61,188 nt of DNA from Parcubacteria group bacterium. Its GTDB lineage: Bacteria > Patescibacteriota > Minisyncoccia > Portnoybacterales > UBA2143. Where the stretch lies: contig NYYU01000006.1 of the NCBI GenBank assembly GCA_002685955.1, positions 1-61,188 on the forward strand. Reading direction: 5' to 3'. Within the stretch, counting starts at the first letter, position 1; every line of letters begins with the position of its first letter. Below the pieces are notes generated by a model. The model was not told the DNA's origin. It saw only the letters and a list, made by a program, of their open reading frames with translations, and made no database searches. Positions 21,037 through 30,918 of the stretch are shown here, in pieces. Made by a program: the position numbers and the translations under genes.

Positions 21037-21300
21037 TTATTCTACTTTATAAACCTCGTCGCCCTCACGAGTCTGTTGATCAACCTTTAATCCCACTGCA
21101 TCACCTTTTTTAGCCTTGGCTACACTTTCATGTTCTATTTGCATGGAATCAATCACTTGCTCAAAATCACTAGTCGCTCCTTTAATGTGGATTTTATCGC
21201 CCACCTTTAATCCACCCTTAGTAATTTCTACTACAGCTACGCCAATATTAGTAAAATAATGGGTGACTTTACCAACTAATTTTTCTTCCACTTTTCTCAC
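21037..21300 (-). CDS. Small EF-Tu-domain-2-like beta-barrel protein (translation elongation factor-like)
   Basis: GKVTHYF..IGVAVVE...VGD.I.I.G pattern. Confidence 0.45.
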   Translation of the reverse strand: MRKVEEKLVGKVTHYFTNIGVAVVEITKGGLKVGDKIHIKGATSDFEQVIDSMQIEHESVAKAKKGDAVGLKVDQQTREGDEVYKVE

Positions 21301-21311
21301 CTCCTTTCCGG

Positions 21312-21383
21312 CAGCCCTACGGGGAATTGAACCCCGGTTTTATGCTTGAGAAGCACACGTCCTAACCACTAGACGATAGGGCC
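21312..21383 (-). tRNA. tRNA-Glu(CUC)
   Basis: Hand-folded cloverleaf: acceptor GGCCCTA/TAGGGCT, anticodon arm TGTGC-TTCTCAA-GCATA, T-arm CGGGG-TTCAATT-CCCCG. Confidence 0.85.
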
Positions 21384-21424
21384 TCATGATTAAATTATAC
21401 TAGGAAACTAAAAAATGTCAAAGT

Positions 21425-22726
21425 TTACTTGCCTAACCAACTATCTGTTTGTCTTACCAACAGCTCATTTGCTTTTTCTGGTTGAGCCATAATTTCCTTA
21501 ACGATTTTCTCGGTCCTGATTGATTGTGACCCCTTAACCAGAATAATATCGCCTTTTTCAACTTCTTGTTGGACAGGCAAAGCCGCATCCTCGGCTCTAG
21601 GAAAATCAAAAACCTTTTCTTGGGCCAATCCATACTTAAGAGCTTCTTCAGCAATAAAACGAGCGCGATCACCTACGGTAAAAAGCAAATCAACTACTTC
21701 GACCACTTTTTGACCAATCGTTCGATGAGCCGCTTCAGTTTCTTCGCCTAATTCTAACATATCGCCCAAGACGGCTATTCTTCTTCCGCTAGAATGTGAA
21801 CCCAACTCTTTTAAAATATCCAAAGCAGCTGAAACAGCCGTGGGCGAAGCATTATAGCTATCATCAATAATCCAAGTTTGCTTAATCCCTTTTAATAAAT
21901 TAACCCGACCGGGCAAAGAACGATATTTTTTTAAAGCTGTAGATATTTCAACCAGATTAAGTCCAAAGTATGAACCAACCGCCGCGGCTGCGGCCGCGGC
22001 AAAAGCTTGCTGTTTGCCCAAGACCCCTACTAATCTTATCGGGACAATGCTTCCCTGATACTCTAATTTAAAACTAATTCCTAAATCTTGCTTTTTAAGC
22101 TCTTGAGAAGTTAAAGAAAATTGGAAATTGGAAATTTTAAAATCAGCTCCCTGGCCAAATCCATATTTAACTGTCTTCGTTGCTTCGGCCAAGTCAGCGC
22201 CAATCATACGAACAGTTAAATCATCATAATTCAAAACAGCTAGGCCGCCCTTAGTTAATGATTTTACTAATAAGGATTTTTCTTCAACTAATCTTCCTTT
22301 TTCCGGAAAAAATTCTAGATGAACTGGAAATTGGCCAATAGCCGTAATCACCCCTATCTTAACCGGAATAAAACTAGTTAAATATTCCATATCGCCCGGC
22401 TTATCAACGCCCATTTCTAAAATTAAAATCTCTGGATAATCTTTTTGCCAAAAAACTATAGTGATTGCTCTTAAAAAAATCTTTAACCAGGAGAATAAGG
22501 AATGCCCGCCTGTTTCAAATCCTAAAATAGTTAAAGGCGTCCCTATCTCATTATTATAACTCCCTATATTCTGCCGTACCCGAAATTGTCCTTTAAGAAC
22601 ACGGTAAATTGCTTCTTTGGTGCTTGTTTTGCCAACGCTCCCAGTGACCGCAACAATTTCTGGCCCATACCGCCAGATAATCATTTTAGCTAAAATCTTA
22701 AGAATGTATTGAAGAATACTATACAT
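21425..22726 (-). CDS. murF: UDP-N-acetylmuramoyl-tripeptide--D-alanyl-D-alanine ligase
   Basis: VTGSVGKTSTKE P-loop; Mur ligase middle and C-terminal domains; dcw context. Confidence 0.9.
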   Translation of the reverse strand: MYSILQYILKILAKMIIWRYGPEIVAVTGSVGKTSTKEAIYRVLKGQFRVRQNIGSYNNEIGTPLTILGFETGGHSLFSWLKIFLRAITIVFWQKDYPEILILEMGVDKPGDMEYLTSFIPVKIGVITAIGQFPVHLEFFPEKGRLVEEKSLLVKSLTKGGLAVLNYDDLTVRMIGADLAEATKTVKYGFGQGADFKISNFQFSLTSQELKKQDLGISFKLEYQGSIVPIRLVGVLGKQQAFAAAAAAAVGSYFGLNLVEISTALKKYRSLPGRVNLLKGIKQTWIIDDSYNASPTAVSAALDILKELGSHSSGRRIAVLGDMLELGEETEAAHRTIGQKVVEVVDLLFTVGDRARFIAEEALKYGLAQEKVFDFPRAEDAALPVQQEVEKGDIILVKGSQSIRTEKIVKEIMAQPEKANELLVRQTDSWLGK

Positions 22727-22727
22727 A

Positions 22728-24458
22728 TTACTCCGGAGCTATTTCTAAATAATTTAATAAATACTCGGTTAATCTCCTAAAAACTGGGCTGACTGAATCA
22801 GCTGCAAAACGAATACCTTGGGGTTGATCTAGTTTGATTAAAATAACAAATCTAGGATTAAAGGCTGGAGCAAAGCCAACAAAGCTATGAATTGTTTCTT
22901 CGGAATAACCTCCTTTTTCAAAATCAGGCACTTGGGCTGTCCCCGTCTTGCCGGCCACATTATAGTTAGCGACTTGGGCTGGTCGACCATAACCATTTTC
23001 TACAACACTAACCAACATTCTAGTTAATTGCTCAGCCGTTTCTGGAGAAATTACCTGTTCAATTACTTGAGACTCAATGATTGATTCAACTCCATCTGAG
23101 TCAATTATTTTTTTAACCACAAACGGCCTCATTAATTTCCCCTTATTAGCGATAGCGCCAATAGCAGCGGTTAATCCTAAAGGAGTAACTGTAATCCCCT
23201 GGCCAAAAGAAATATTAGCTAGGTTAATCTCCCGTCCGCTAAACATGTTAGAAATATCCCCGCCAACTTCACCTATTAAATCAATTCTGCTCGGCTGGCT
23301 AAGATTAAATCTTTGAACATAATCCTGAAAAATGGTTTCCCCAATTTGCCGTTGAACAAAAACAGCTCCGGTGTTAATTGATTTTTCTAAAACCTGAGTC
23401 ATGGTCTGATGCCCATAAGCCTTATGATCAACATTGTTAATGGTACTGCCTTTAATCCTGATTTGGCCCTTATCTTCATAAACTGTCCAAGGAGTAATCT
23501 TGTCGCTGTCTAAACCAGCCGCCATAGTAATCGGCTTAAAAACCGAACCTGGTTCGTAAACTTTCTGGATTGATGGATTTAAGAAAATATCAATATTCTC
23601 TACTTGGCTATACTCATTGGGATCAAAGCAAGGTAAATTAGTCATAGCCCAGATAGCGCCGCTGGTTGCTTCCATAACAATAATTGTCCCGCTTCGGGCT
23701 TGCCACTTTTCAATCGCCTGACTTAATTCTTTTTCCGCTCTAAATTGAATGTTCTGATCAATTGTTAAAATAAGATCTGAGCCATCACGGGCTGGTTCTA
23801 GCTTGCGACTAAGCGAGGGAATCCAATAACCAGCTATATCTTTCTCTCCGGTTAAGAAACCAACTTGACCTTTTAATTGTTCCTGATAATATCCCTCTAT
23901 GCCATACTGACCAATCTTTCCCTCTCCGTCTACGCCAACAAATCCTACTAAATGACCAGCTAATGATTGATAAGGATAATAGCGCCAAGTTTCTGGAGCT
24001 AATTTTAAACCATTAATATTTAAATCTTTGATTTGTTGAGCTGTTTGTTGGTCAATCTTATGTTTTAATGGTTCATAAGGATCATCTGATTTATTTATTC
24101 TCTGTAAAATAACATCCTGAGGCAAATCAAGGATTTCTGATAACTGAAGAGTTAAACTTTCTTTATCTTCAACTTTAATATCTTTAGGCACAAGATAGAC
24201 CTGCTGGAATTCCTTGTTAATTGCTAAGGGGGAATAAGGTTGTTGTTCTCCTCGTTGACTGGCTGATAAGTCTTGCAAGAAAATCTCTCCTCGGCGGGGG
24301 AAAAGCGTTTGATAGAGCTGATGCTGGTTTTGAGCTAAATTGCTATAATATTTATACTCCAGAATTTGGAGAGAAAACAAGCGGGTCAAAATCCCGCTAC
24401 CTAAGATAAAAACAACAATTACTAACAAATAGATACGCCAATGCTCTAAACGCCTCAT
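22728..24458 (-). CDS. ftsI: Penicillin-binding protein 2 / FtsI-type transpeptidase
   Basis: SVFK (SxxK), SIN (SxN) and KTGTA (KTG) motifs; N-terminal TM helix. Confidence 0.9.
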   Translation of the reverse strand: MRRLEHWRIYLLVIVVFILGSGILTRLFSLQILEYKYYSNLAQNQHQLYQTLFPRRGEIFLQDLSASQRGEQQPYSPLAINKEFQQVYLVPKDIKVEDKESLTLQLSEILDLPQDVILQRINKSDDPYEPLKHKIDQQTAQQIKDLNINGLKLAPETWRYYPYQSLAGHLVGFVGVDGEGKIGQYGIEGYYQEQLKGQVGFLTGEKDIAGYWIPSLSRKLEPARDGSDLILTIDQNIQFRAEKELSQAIEKWQARSGTIIVMEATSGAIWAMTNLPCFDPNEYSQVENIDIFLNPSIQKVYEPGSVFKPITMAAGLDSDKITPWTVYEDKGQIRIKGSTINNVDHKAYGHQTMTQVLEKSINTGAVFVQRQIGETIFQDYVQRFNLSQPSRIDLIGEVGGDISNMFSGREINLANISFGQGITVTPLGLTAAIGAIANKGKLMRPFVVKKIIDSDGVESIIESQVIEQVISPETAEQLTRMLVSVVENGYGRPAQVANYNVAGKTGTAQVPDFEKGGYSEETIHSFVGFAPAFNPRFVILIKLDQPQGIRFAADSVSPVFRRLTEYLLNYLEIAPE

Positions 24459-24476
24459 TAAATTATATATTAAAAT

Positions 24477-24806
24477 CTATTCTTTTGCTGCGAGAACTTT
24501 TTCTTTTCCTAAATAGCGTACTTGGTCTAATTCAACCATACCTAATGATTCAATCGCCTCTCCTAAATTAATTGGTGATTTGCTTTGAGCTATTTCCATT
24601 TCTAAATTCTTATTAGCTGATTCCAGGCTATCAAACCTCTGTTTTTGTTCCCTAATTTGATAACTGGTGCCAACTAAACTATTAGTCTGAATGATGTATA
24701 AAAAAGTTGAACATATGATCAAAAAAACAATCAAAATACTTAAGGTTCTTAAACCATGACAATACTTATTTTTACAAAACTTTTTAGATTTAATATATCT
24801 AGTCAT
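24477..24806 (-). CDS. FtsL-like cell division protein
   Basis: Single TM helix plus coiled coil, positioned between rsmH and ftsI. Confidence 0.5.
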   Translation of the reverse strand: MTRYIKSKKFCKNKYCHGLRTLSILIVFLIICSTFLYIIQTNSLVGTSYQIREQKQRFDSLESANKNLEMEIAQSKSPINLGEAIESLGMVELDQVRYLGKEKVLAAKE

Positions 24807-24811
24807 TTTTT

Positions 24812-25675
24812 TTAAATTATGGATACAGCTCGAAGTTTGGCGCTGCGGCTTCTTGGATTTATTTCCACTTCTTCTTGAGTGGGCCTAATTGGTTTTTTAG
24901 TTAAAATTTTTAAAAATTCTTGTTGGGCCGCTTGACGGAAATAATGCTTAACTATTCTGTCTTCTAATGAATGAAAAGAGATAACTGCTAATCGCCCATT
25001 TTTTGTTAAAATCTTTACGGCCTCAGGTAGAACTTTTTCTAAATTGGCTAATTCGTTATTAACTGCGATGCGCAAGGCTTGAAAAACACGAGTGGCCCAA
25101 TGAATTCTTGCTCGCCGATACTTGCCCGGCACCGACCGAGCAATAATCTCAACTAACTGACTGGTTGTTTTAATAGGCTCAATTTTTCTTTTTTGACAAA
25201 TTGCTCCAGCGATTGACCGACTGTATCTTTCTTCTCCGTAGTCTTGAAAGATCTTTATCAAATCTTCCTCTGACCATTGATTAATAATTTCTTTAGCAGC
25301 CAGCTCTCCCTGTCCGGTTCGCATATCCAAAGGTTCATCTTTTTGAAAAGAAAACCCTCGCCCACTTTCTTGTATTTGCCAAGATGATATGCCTAGATCA
25401 AATAAAATTCCCTTCACTGGCCCGAATTTTTCTTTTTCAACTATTGTCTTTAAATCAGCGAAACTTCCTTGAGTTAGAGTAATTCCTGGTTGAGGCTTAA
25501 AATGTTCTAAAGTTTTTTTATTTAATTCAATTCCTAGAATTTTCCCTTGAGGACTAATTCTTTTTAAGATTGCCTGACTATGTCCGCCAAAACCGAAAGT
25601 ACAATCAATAAAGTTTTCCCCTGGTTGAGGATTAAGATACTCCAAAACTTCTTTAATAAGAACTGGCTGATGCAT
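24812..25675 (-). CDS. rsmH: 16S rRNA (cytosine1402-N4)-methyltransferase
   Basis: HQPVL..E, DCTFGFGGHS, DLGISS and SFHSLEDR motifs. Confidence 0.95.
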   Translation of the reverse strand: MHQPVLIKEVLEYLNPQPGENFIDCTFGFGGHSQAILKRISPQGKILGIELNKKTLEHFKPQPGITLTQGSFADLKTIVEKEKFGPVKGILFDLGISSWQIQESGRGFSFQKDEPLDMRTGQGELAAKEIINQWSEEDLIKIFQDYGEERYSRSIAGAICQKRKIEPIKTTSQLVEIIARSVPGKYRRARIHWATRVFQALRIAVNNELANLEKVLPEAVKILTKNGRLAVISFHSLEDRIVKHYFRQAAQQEFLKILTKKPIRPTQEEVEINPRSRSAKLRAVSII

Positions 25676-25676
25676 A

Positions 25677-26108
25677 TTACAATCCTAACTCTCCCAATTT
25701 ACCAGCTAAATCACCAACTTGTTTTTCAGCCTGTTTTCTGTAAATTTTCCACTTTTCTTCAGACCAAATTTCTAAACGATTATATAGACCAATAATTACC
25801 GCTTTCTTTTTTAGGAGAGCATATTCTTTTAAATAATCCGGAACAAGGATTCGGCCTAATCTATCAAATTTTACGGCCATAGCTCCGGCCAACATTACCC
25901 TAGCAAAGCTTCGCGCTTCAGTTTGGCTGGCCGGTAGCTTGCCTAACTTATTAGCCATATTTTCCCATTCTTTTAATGAATAAAGGACTAAACAATTATC
26001 AATTCCCCGGGTAATAACAGCTCCTTGCTTAAAAAAGCGCCTGAATTTAGCCGGAACAGCTAATCGCTTTTTTGTATCAAGTATATGCTTGTATTCTCCA
26101 ATAAGCAT
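25677..26108 (-). CDS. mraZ: Transcriptional regulator MraZ
   Basis: Duplicated DxxxR-type SpoVT/AbrB motifs (LDTKKRLAVP, FDRLGRILVP). Confidence 0.93.
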   Translation of the reverse strand: MLIGEYKHILDTKKRLAVPAKFRRFFKQGAVITRGIDNCLVLYSLKEWENMANKLGKLPASQTEARSFARVMLAGAMAVKFDRLGRILVPDYLKEYALLKKKAVIIGLYNRLEIWSEEKWKIYRKQAEKQVGDLAGKLGELGL

Positions 26109-26244
26109 GTCAATTTTATCAAAATTTTCAAATCTTTAAGATCATCTTTAAGATGAAGAAAATTTTGTGATTAAATTGAACAGTCGCCTCAGGCGACTAA
26201 AGGTTTTCTTACAAAATTTCTAAAAGAAATTTTGAGAAAGCCCT

Positions 26245-26285
26245 TTATCCACAGTTTTATCTATTTATCCCCACTTTTATCCACA
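26245..26285. promoter_or_regulatory. Three direct TTATCC(A/C)CA 9-mers (DnaA-box consensus / MraZ-operator-like GTGGRGATAAA repeats) in the mraZ leader
   Basis: TTATCCACA at 26245-26253, TTATCCCCA at 26265-26273, TTATCCACA at 26277-26285, all in one orientation. Confidence 0.5.
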
Positions 26286-26303
26286 GTTGATTACTACATC
26301 CCC

Positions 26304-26332
26304 ATTGTATGTCACTTTATGCTCTCTGTCAA
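26304..26332 (-). promoter_or_regulatory. Consensus sigma70 promoter of the mraZ/dcw operon
   Basis: Minus strand reads TTGACA, 17 nt spacer, TACAAT. Confidence 0.55.
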
Positions 26333-26425
26333 ACACTTTAAAATTAAGGGTTTTTAAAACAAGATAAATAAAAAAGGGCTTATTCTAGCCATTTTTTATC
26401 TGATGATTTAAATTTTGTCCACAAA

Positions 26426-26869
26426 TTATCCCCAAACTCGTAAAAGAAACGTTATTGCTGCTAACATAACTAATAAAGTAACTGGCAAGCCCTGCCAAAA
26501 AGAAAGCCCCTTGAAAAAATGAACTTTATGATGAAACAAACAAAAAGAACGCAAATACTTATTTTTAACCAATGAACTTAACGTTACTAAAAAATCTGGC
26601 AAAAGAGCTCCCAAAATCGCGGCCATCATTATTACTATCATTTGATTATAAGACCAAGCGAAAATTAAAATCAGACCGCTTCCTAGAATAAAATCTAAAG
26701 CAATTTTCTTTAAGGATGATCCTTCAAAATTAATATCATCTAGATAATCCCAATGAGGCAAAATATCAATCAAAAAATGACTAACTACCCCTAAACAAAA
26801 AGCAATCCAAAGATTAGGACTTTGGCTGCCGATTGCCGCCCCAACTAACATATGAGGAGTAATAATCAT
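26426..26869 (-). CDS. Hypothetical integral membrane protein
   Basis: Four to five TM helices with His-rich motifs (HFLIDILPHWDY, FHHKVH). Confidence 0.4.
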   Translation of the reverse strand: MIITPHMLVGAAIGSQSPNLWIAFCLGVVSHFLIDILPHWDYLDDINFEGSSLKKIALDFILGSGLILIFAWSYNQMIVIMMAAILGALLPDFLVTLSSLVKNKYLRSFCLFHHKVHFFKGLSFWQGLPVTLLVMLAAITFLLRVWG

Positions 26870-26885
26870 GAGAACTATGCGCTCA

Positions 26886-27461
26886 TCACACTTTCAACTT
26901 ATTAATTAATTTTTCATGAGGTTTCTCTAAGATATCGCGAAGAAACCTATCAAACATATCATGACGATATCTAAATTCTTTTAAAGATAAAACAACGTAA
27001 TCTATTTCCTTGCCTACTTCTGCTTCTAGGTCCCTTAAAAAAGCGCCCATCTTCTTATTATCAATATTGTCCCCTACCACTAAAAGATCAACCCGGGCAT
27101 TATCAAGATTAACAAAAACACCTGAAAGGAGAACTAACTTAATCGCTCCTATTACTTTTAGCCTTTTTAATATTTTATCTTTTGAAGCAGGACTAGACTT
27201 TAGAACCAAAGTTCTCAATTCAGTATAAAAGCCAAAATCAGAATTGACCGAGTAAACCTTTTTATTACTCTTAAGCTTGCTTGTAATGAGGTTGATACTT
27301 TCCAGTTTACTTACCTGTCGACGACAAACAGAAGAATCGCTTTTAATCCGTCTGGCTATTTCTCCTATTTCAAAAAAATAATCAGGATTCCTTAAGAATA
27401 ACTTAAGCAATTTAACTTTAACCGGTGAATCAAAAAGTTGTTCTAAAACTTCCTTAACCAT
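26886..27461 (-). CDS. Winged-helix transcriptional regulator-like protein
   Basis: N-terminal wHTH-like segment (FEIGEIARRIKSDSSVCRRQVSKLESINLI). Confidence 0.45.
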   Translation of the reverse strand: MVKEVLEQLFDSPVKVKLLKLFLRNPDYFFEIGEIARRIKSDSSVCRRQVSKLESINLITSKLKSNKKVYSVNSDFGFYTELRTLVLKSSPASKDKILKRLKVIGAIKLVLLSGVFVNLDNARVDLLVVGDNIDNKKMGAFLRDLEAEVGKEIDYVVLSLKEFRYRHDMFDRFLRDILEKPHEKLINKLKV

Positions 27462-27478
27462 AAGATTATCTTCCTCCT

Positions 27479-27898
27479 TTATTTGAGTTCAACCGTTGCT
27501 CCCGCCTGTTCTAACTTTTTCTTAAGCTCTTCAGCTTCTTCTTTTTTAACACCTTCTTTAATCACCTTAGGCGCTCCATCAACTAAATCCTTAGCGTCTT
27601 TAAGGCCTTGGCCAGTAATATCTTTAACTGCTTTAATTACGGAGATTTTCTGGTCGCCAGCGCTTTTAAGCTCTATATCAAAAATACTTTTCTCTTCAGC
27701 TGCTTCGCCTCCAGCTGGAACTGCTCCAGCCGCTGGGGCGGCCGATGCGACCGGCATACCGCTAACTCCGAATTTACCCTCCAGAACCTTAACTAACTCA
27801 GCCAATTCTAAAACACTTAGTTCTTCAATTTGCTTAACTAAGTCTTTAAATTTAGCAGGAACTTTTTTTTCTTTATCTTGTTTTTTTTCTTCAGTCAT
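27479..27898 (-). CDS. rplL: 50S ribosomal protein L7/L12
   Basis: Ala/Gly hinge and C-terminal KIxVIKxVxxxTGLGLKEAKDLV-type motif. Confidence 0.95.
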   Translation of the reverse strand: MTEEKKQDKEKKVPAKFKDLVKQIEELSVLELAELVKVLEGKFGVSGMPVASAAPAAGAVPAGGEAAEEKSIFDIELKSAGDQKISVIKAVKDITGQGLKDAKDLVDGAPKVIKEGVKKEEAEELKKKLEQAGATVELK

Positions 27899-27966
27899 AA
27901 TGTTTTAAAACACAGAATTTAAAGTCTTATTCTAATTGTATAGATTTTAGAATAAAACTTCAAGTC

Positions 27967-28485
27967 CTATGTCTCTAATTTCAAACCCTTTAAAATAAAT
28001 ACTAATTTTCTTAAATTTCCTTGAAGAGCATTATTCAAGCCATAAATTGGCGCGGCGATGCTATTAACTAACCTGGCTAATAATTCCTGTTTTGAAGGCA
28101 GTTTAGCTAATTCAATAATTGCTTCGTTTTCCAAATATTCTCCGTCAACTAAACCAGTCAAAACTTTCAAAGCCTCATTGTTTCTTGAAAAATCGTATAA
28201 AATTTTAGCTGGTAAAACTTCGTCTTGATAACCAAAAACTAAAGCAATCTGGCCGGGTAATTGTCTGGCCTTAATATCTTTAAATCCAGCCTTGGCTAAA
28301 GCTAAACTAATCAAAGTTTTTTTGACTGCTTGGCAATCTAAACCTTGTTCTCTTAGTTGTTCGCGCAATTCATGAAATTGGCTAACGGTTAATCCGGTAT
28401 AGTCAAAAAAAACAGCTGTTTTTTGACGAGAAAGCTTATCAACCAAATCTTTAACTATTTCCTTTTTTTGCTCCTTAGTAATCAT
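27967..28485 (-). CDS. rplJ: 50S ribosomal protein L10
   Basis: Typical L10 N-terminus (K..IV..L...L......V..DY.GL); lies upstream of rplL. Confidence 0.93.
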   Translation of the reverse strand: MITKEQKKEIVKDLVDKLSRQKTAVFFDYTGLTVSQFHELREQLREQGLDCQAVKKTLISLALAKAGFKDIKARQLPGQIALVFGYQDEVLPAKILYDFSRNNEALKVLTGLVDGEYLENEAIIELAKLPSKQELLARLVNSIAAPIYGLNNALQGNLRKLVFILKGLKLET

Positions 28486-28489
28486 AAAA

Positions 28490-28565
28490 AAAATCTATGA
28501 AACCATAGACTAAAACACGCTTTGCCTCAATAGGTCTTATGCTTACGCGCCTATGGTCTATGGCT
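28490..28565 (-). promoter_or_regulatory. Structured leader upstream of rplJ (candidate L10 leader)
   Basis: Nested stems CCATAGAC/GTCTATGG (28502-28509 with 28555-28562) and ATAGG/CCTAT, directly 5' of the rplJ start. Confidence 0.4.
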
Positions 28566-28723
28566 TAACTTTATTAAGATACTACTCTACTCTTCACACC
28601 CTGTCAATACCCTCAAATAACGACATCAGATGACATTATTTTATTTCTCCAACCCCCTCCAAATCTTTGTTTATTCTTTTCTCCCTAAACTTATGTTGTC
28701 GGCTATCGCATAACCAACATTAA

Positions 28724-29041
28724 TCACAAATCTAATTTATCAAAAACGCTTACGTCACCTTTCTTATATTTGCCCATCTCAATCCCGTCAAAATAAAAGG
28801 CATCTTTGTTCTGATAGAAAAATAAAGACAATTTGCTATCTATAGTAATAATAAAACCACGACCGCTTCGACTGGGCAATGGCTGAATATCTATTCGCTT
28901 TGCGTCTTTAAAAAGATTCATCGCGGAATCCACTTTTTTAGAATCTAATCCCTCTTTCCTCGCCGCCTGCCGCAAAAATTCCTTCGGCGCAAACTTCATT
29001 AAAAACCTCTGAAACAAACTTATCTTAATTCTCTTCTTCAT
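28724..29041 (-). CDS. Hypothetical protein
   Basis: ORF only. Confidence 0.35.
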   Translation of the reverse strand: MKKRIKISLFQRFLMKFAPKEFLRQAARKEGLDSKKVDSAMNLFKDAKRIDIQPLPSRSGRGFIITIDSKLSLFFYQNKDAFYFDGIEMGKYKKGDVSVFDKLDL

Positions 29042-29065
29042 AAAATTAAAGATTTTATCTTAATA

Positions 29066-29368
29066 TTATCCCCAGAAACAACAATAAACATCTTTGTCTA
29101 TCGCCCTTAAAGCGCCATCTATGCTTTTATACTCGCTGTAAAATCCCCATCTACCCGAAGCGCGCTTCCAATAAACTTTCCATTTACCGCTTGGACGATG
29201 GAGAATAATCTTTGCAACTGGCAACTTTATCCGAGGACTAGCAGCACTATCCCATTTTGGCCTTGTCTCTATGATTACATATCCACCCCTGACTTCTACT
29301 TTAATCCAAATATTTAGCCCTATTCTCAAGATGTTCTTCAAAAGTTCGGCTGAAAACCGTTTCTCCAT
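29066..29368 (-). CDS. Hypothetical protein (DUF3024-like by recall); start uncertain, overlaps the mltG 3' end
   Basis: ORF ending ...DVYCCFWG. Family assignment rests on weak recall only. Confidence 0.35.
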   Translation of the reverse strand: MEKRFSAELLKNILRIGLNIWIKVEVRGGYVIIETRPKWDSAASPRIKLPVAKIILHRPSGKWKVYWKRASGRWGFYSEYKSIDGALRAIDKDVYCCFWG

Positions 29369-30290
29369 CCGGCTTTGATAAAAAGAATTTATAATCTGTC
29401 TCTATAGGATAGATAGCCGCTTTAATTGCTAAAAGGCCTGGGTTAGAAATCGGCCCAGGCGGCAATCCTTTATTTTGATAAGTGTTATAGGGTGAATCAA
29501 CTTTGGTATCTACAATTGAATAACGCCATTTATCTATACCTAAAATATATGCAATGGTAGCGCAAGATTCCAATGGATAATTAATATCCAATCTTCCCCA
29601 GAAAACTCCTGAAACCATCCGCAGGTCTTGGTAAGCGGCCACTTCTTTTTCTATGATGCTAGCCATGATAATGATTTGTGCAATAGTCTTATCTTGCCTC
29701 TCTATTTCAGCCCTTAATTCTTCACTCAATTTATTATCAAAATTATCCAGCATCTTATTAGTAATATCCTCTAAACTCATGTCTTTGTTAAAAATATAAG
29801 TATCAGGGAATAAATAACCTTCCAGATTAGAACTTGAGTTAAATTTAATTAATTCTCCCTGTTTAATTAATCCGGCCTGGAACAAGCGCTCATCAATCCG
29901 CTTTAAAGCAAAACCCTCTGGAATGGTTACTTTTATTCCCCGAGGCATTATTTCTCCTTTAACTATTTTCTGAGCTATCTGGGCAACACTTGATGAAGGA
30001 CTTAAATAATATTCGCCGGCCTGTAAGCGAGCCGTCCATCTTTTATACCAAACATAATATTCAAAAACAGTACTACTTCTAATTAATTCCGCTTCTTCTA
30101 AATCAGCTGCAATCTCTTTAACCCCCCGCCCTTTTTCTATTACAAAGATTTGTTCAGCCGCTTGAGTTTTTAAAGGAATAGTAAATTGATATCTAATGAA
30201 AAAATATCCAGCGACAGAACAAAGAATTAAAAAAACTAGAATAACAGATAATACAAAGTAAACGAATTTTTTCTTATTATTTATCTTCAT
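29301..30290 (-). CDS. mltG: Endolytic murein transglycosylase MltG (YceG-like)
   Basis: N-terminal TM helix; ASIIEKE and GLPPGPISNPG motifs. Confidence 0.9.
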   Translation of the reverse strand: MKINNKKKFVYFVLSVILVFLILCSVAGYFFIRYQFTIPLKTQAAEQIFVIEKGRGVKEIAADLEEAELIRSSTVFEYYVWYKRWTARLQAGEYYLSPSSSVAQIAQKIVKGEIMPRGIKVTIPEGFALKRIDERLFQAGLIKQGELIKFNSSSNLEGYLFPDTYIFNKDMSLEDITNKMLDNFDNKLSEELRAEIERQDKTIAQIIIMASIIEKEVAAYQDLRMVSGVFWGRLDINYPLESCATIAYILGIDKWRYSIVDTKVDSPYNTYQNKGLPPGPISNPGLLAIKAAIYPIETDYKFFLSKPDGETVFSRTFEEHLENRAKYLD

Positions 30291-30918
30291 GATTTTCTCT
30301 AATTAATGGCACAAAGACGAAGCCGGGATATTCTTTTTGTTCAAAAGACGTCGGGACTTTTTTCTTTAAGAGCCAAATGCTACTTTTAACTGGAACCACT
30401 AAACGTCCATTAATTTTTAATTGTTCTTTCCAAGCTAGAGGAATCTCCTGAGCGGAAGCGGCCACAATAATTTTATCAAAAGGCGCTTGAGCAGACAGCC
30501 CCTTGGAGCCATCGCCGTAAATAAATTCTACATTATTAAAACCGTATTTTTTAACATTGGCCTGACCAAAACTTTTTAACTCCGGAATTCGTTCAATCGC
30601 CCAGACAAAACCATCTGGACCAACCAATTGACAAAGCAAAGCGGTTTGCCAACCCGTGCCCGAACCAATGTCCAGAATCTTATCGCCTGATTCTGGTTGA
30701 AGTAATTCCAGCATAAAAGCAACTGTTAAAGGCTGGGAAATAGTTTGGCCATAGCCAATTGATAAAGGCGCGTTATATTGATTAACAAAATCCTCACCCT
30801 GGGCTCTAATTATTTTTTGAGGAACAAAACCAGCCCGTTTAATTTTCCTGAAAGCATCAATGATGCGCGGGCTTTTTAGATATTTCTCCTTAATTAGATG
30901 ATTGGTTAATTCGCTCAC
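30277..30918 (-). CDS. pcm: Protein-L-isoaspartate O-methyltransferase
   Basis: GYGQTISQP and VLDIGSGTGW motifs. Confidence 0.9.
   Translation of the reverse strand: MSELTNHLIKEKYLKSPRIIDAFRKIKRAGFVPQKIIRAQGEDFVNQYNAPLSIGYGQTISQPLTVAFMLELLQPESGDKILDIGSGTGWQTALLCQLVGPDGFVWAIERIPELKSFGQANVKKYGFNNVEFIYGDGSKGLSAQAPFDKIIVAASAQEIPLAWKEQLKINGRLVVPVKSSIWLLKKKVPTSFEQKEYPGFVFVPLIRENHEDK

Noticed and set aside
26109-26435. Calling the DnaA-box cluster a replication origin.
   Set aside because: No dnaA or dnaN gene is nearby, there is no obvious gene-orientation switch, and the boxes sit inside a promoter-proximal leader where an MraZ operator is expected. It is reported only as a regulatory candidate.
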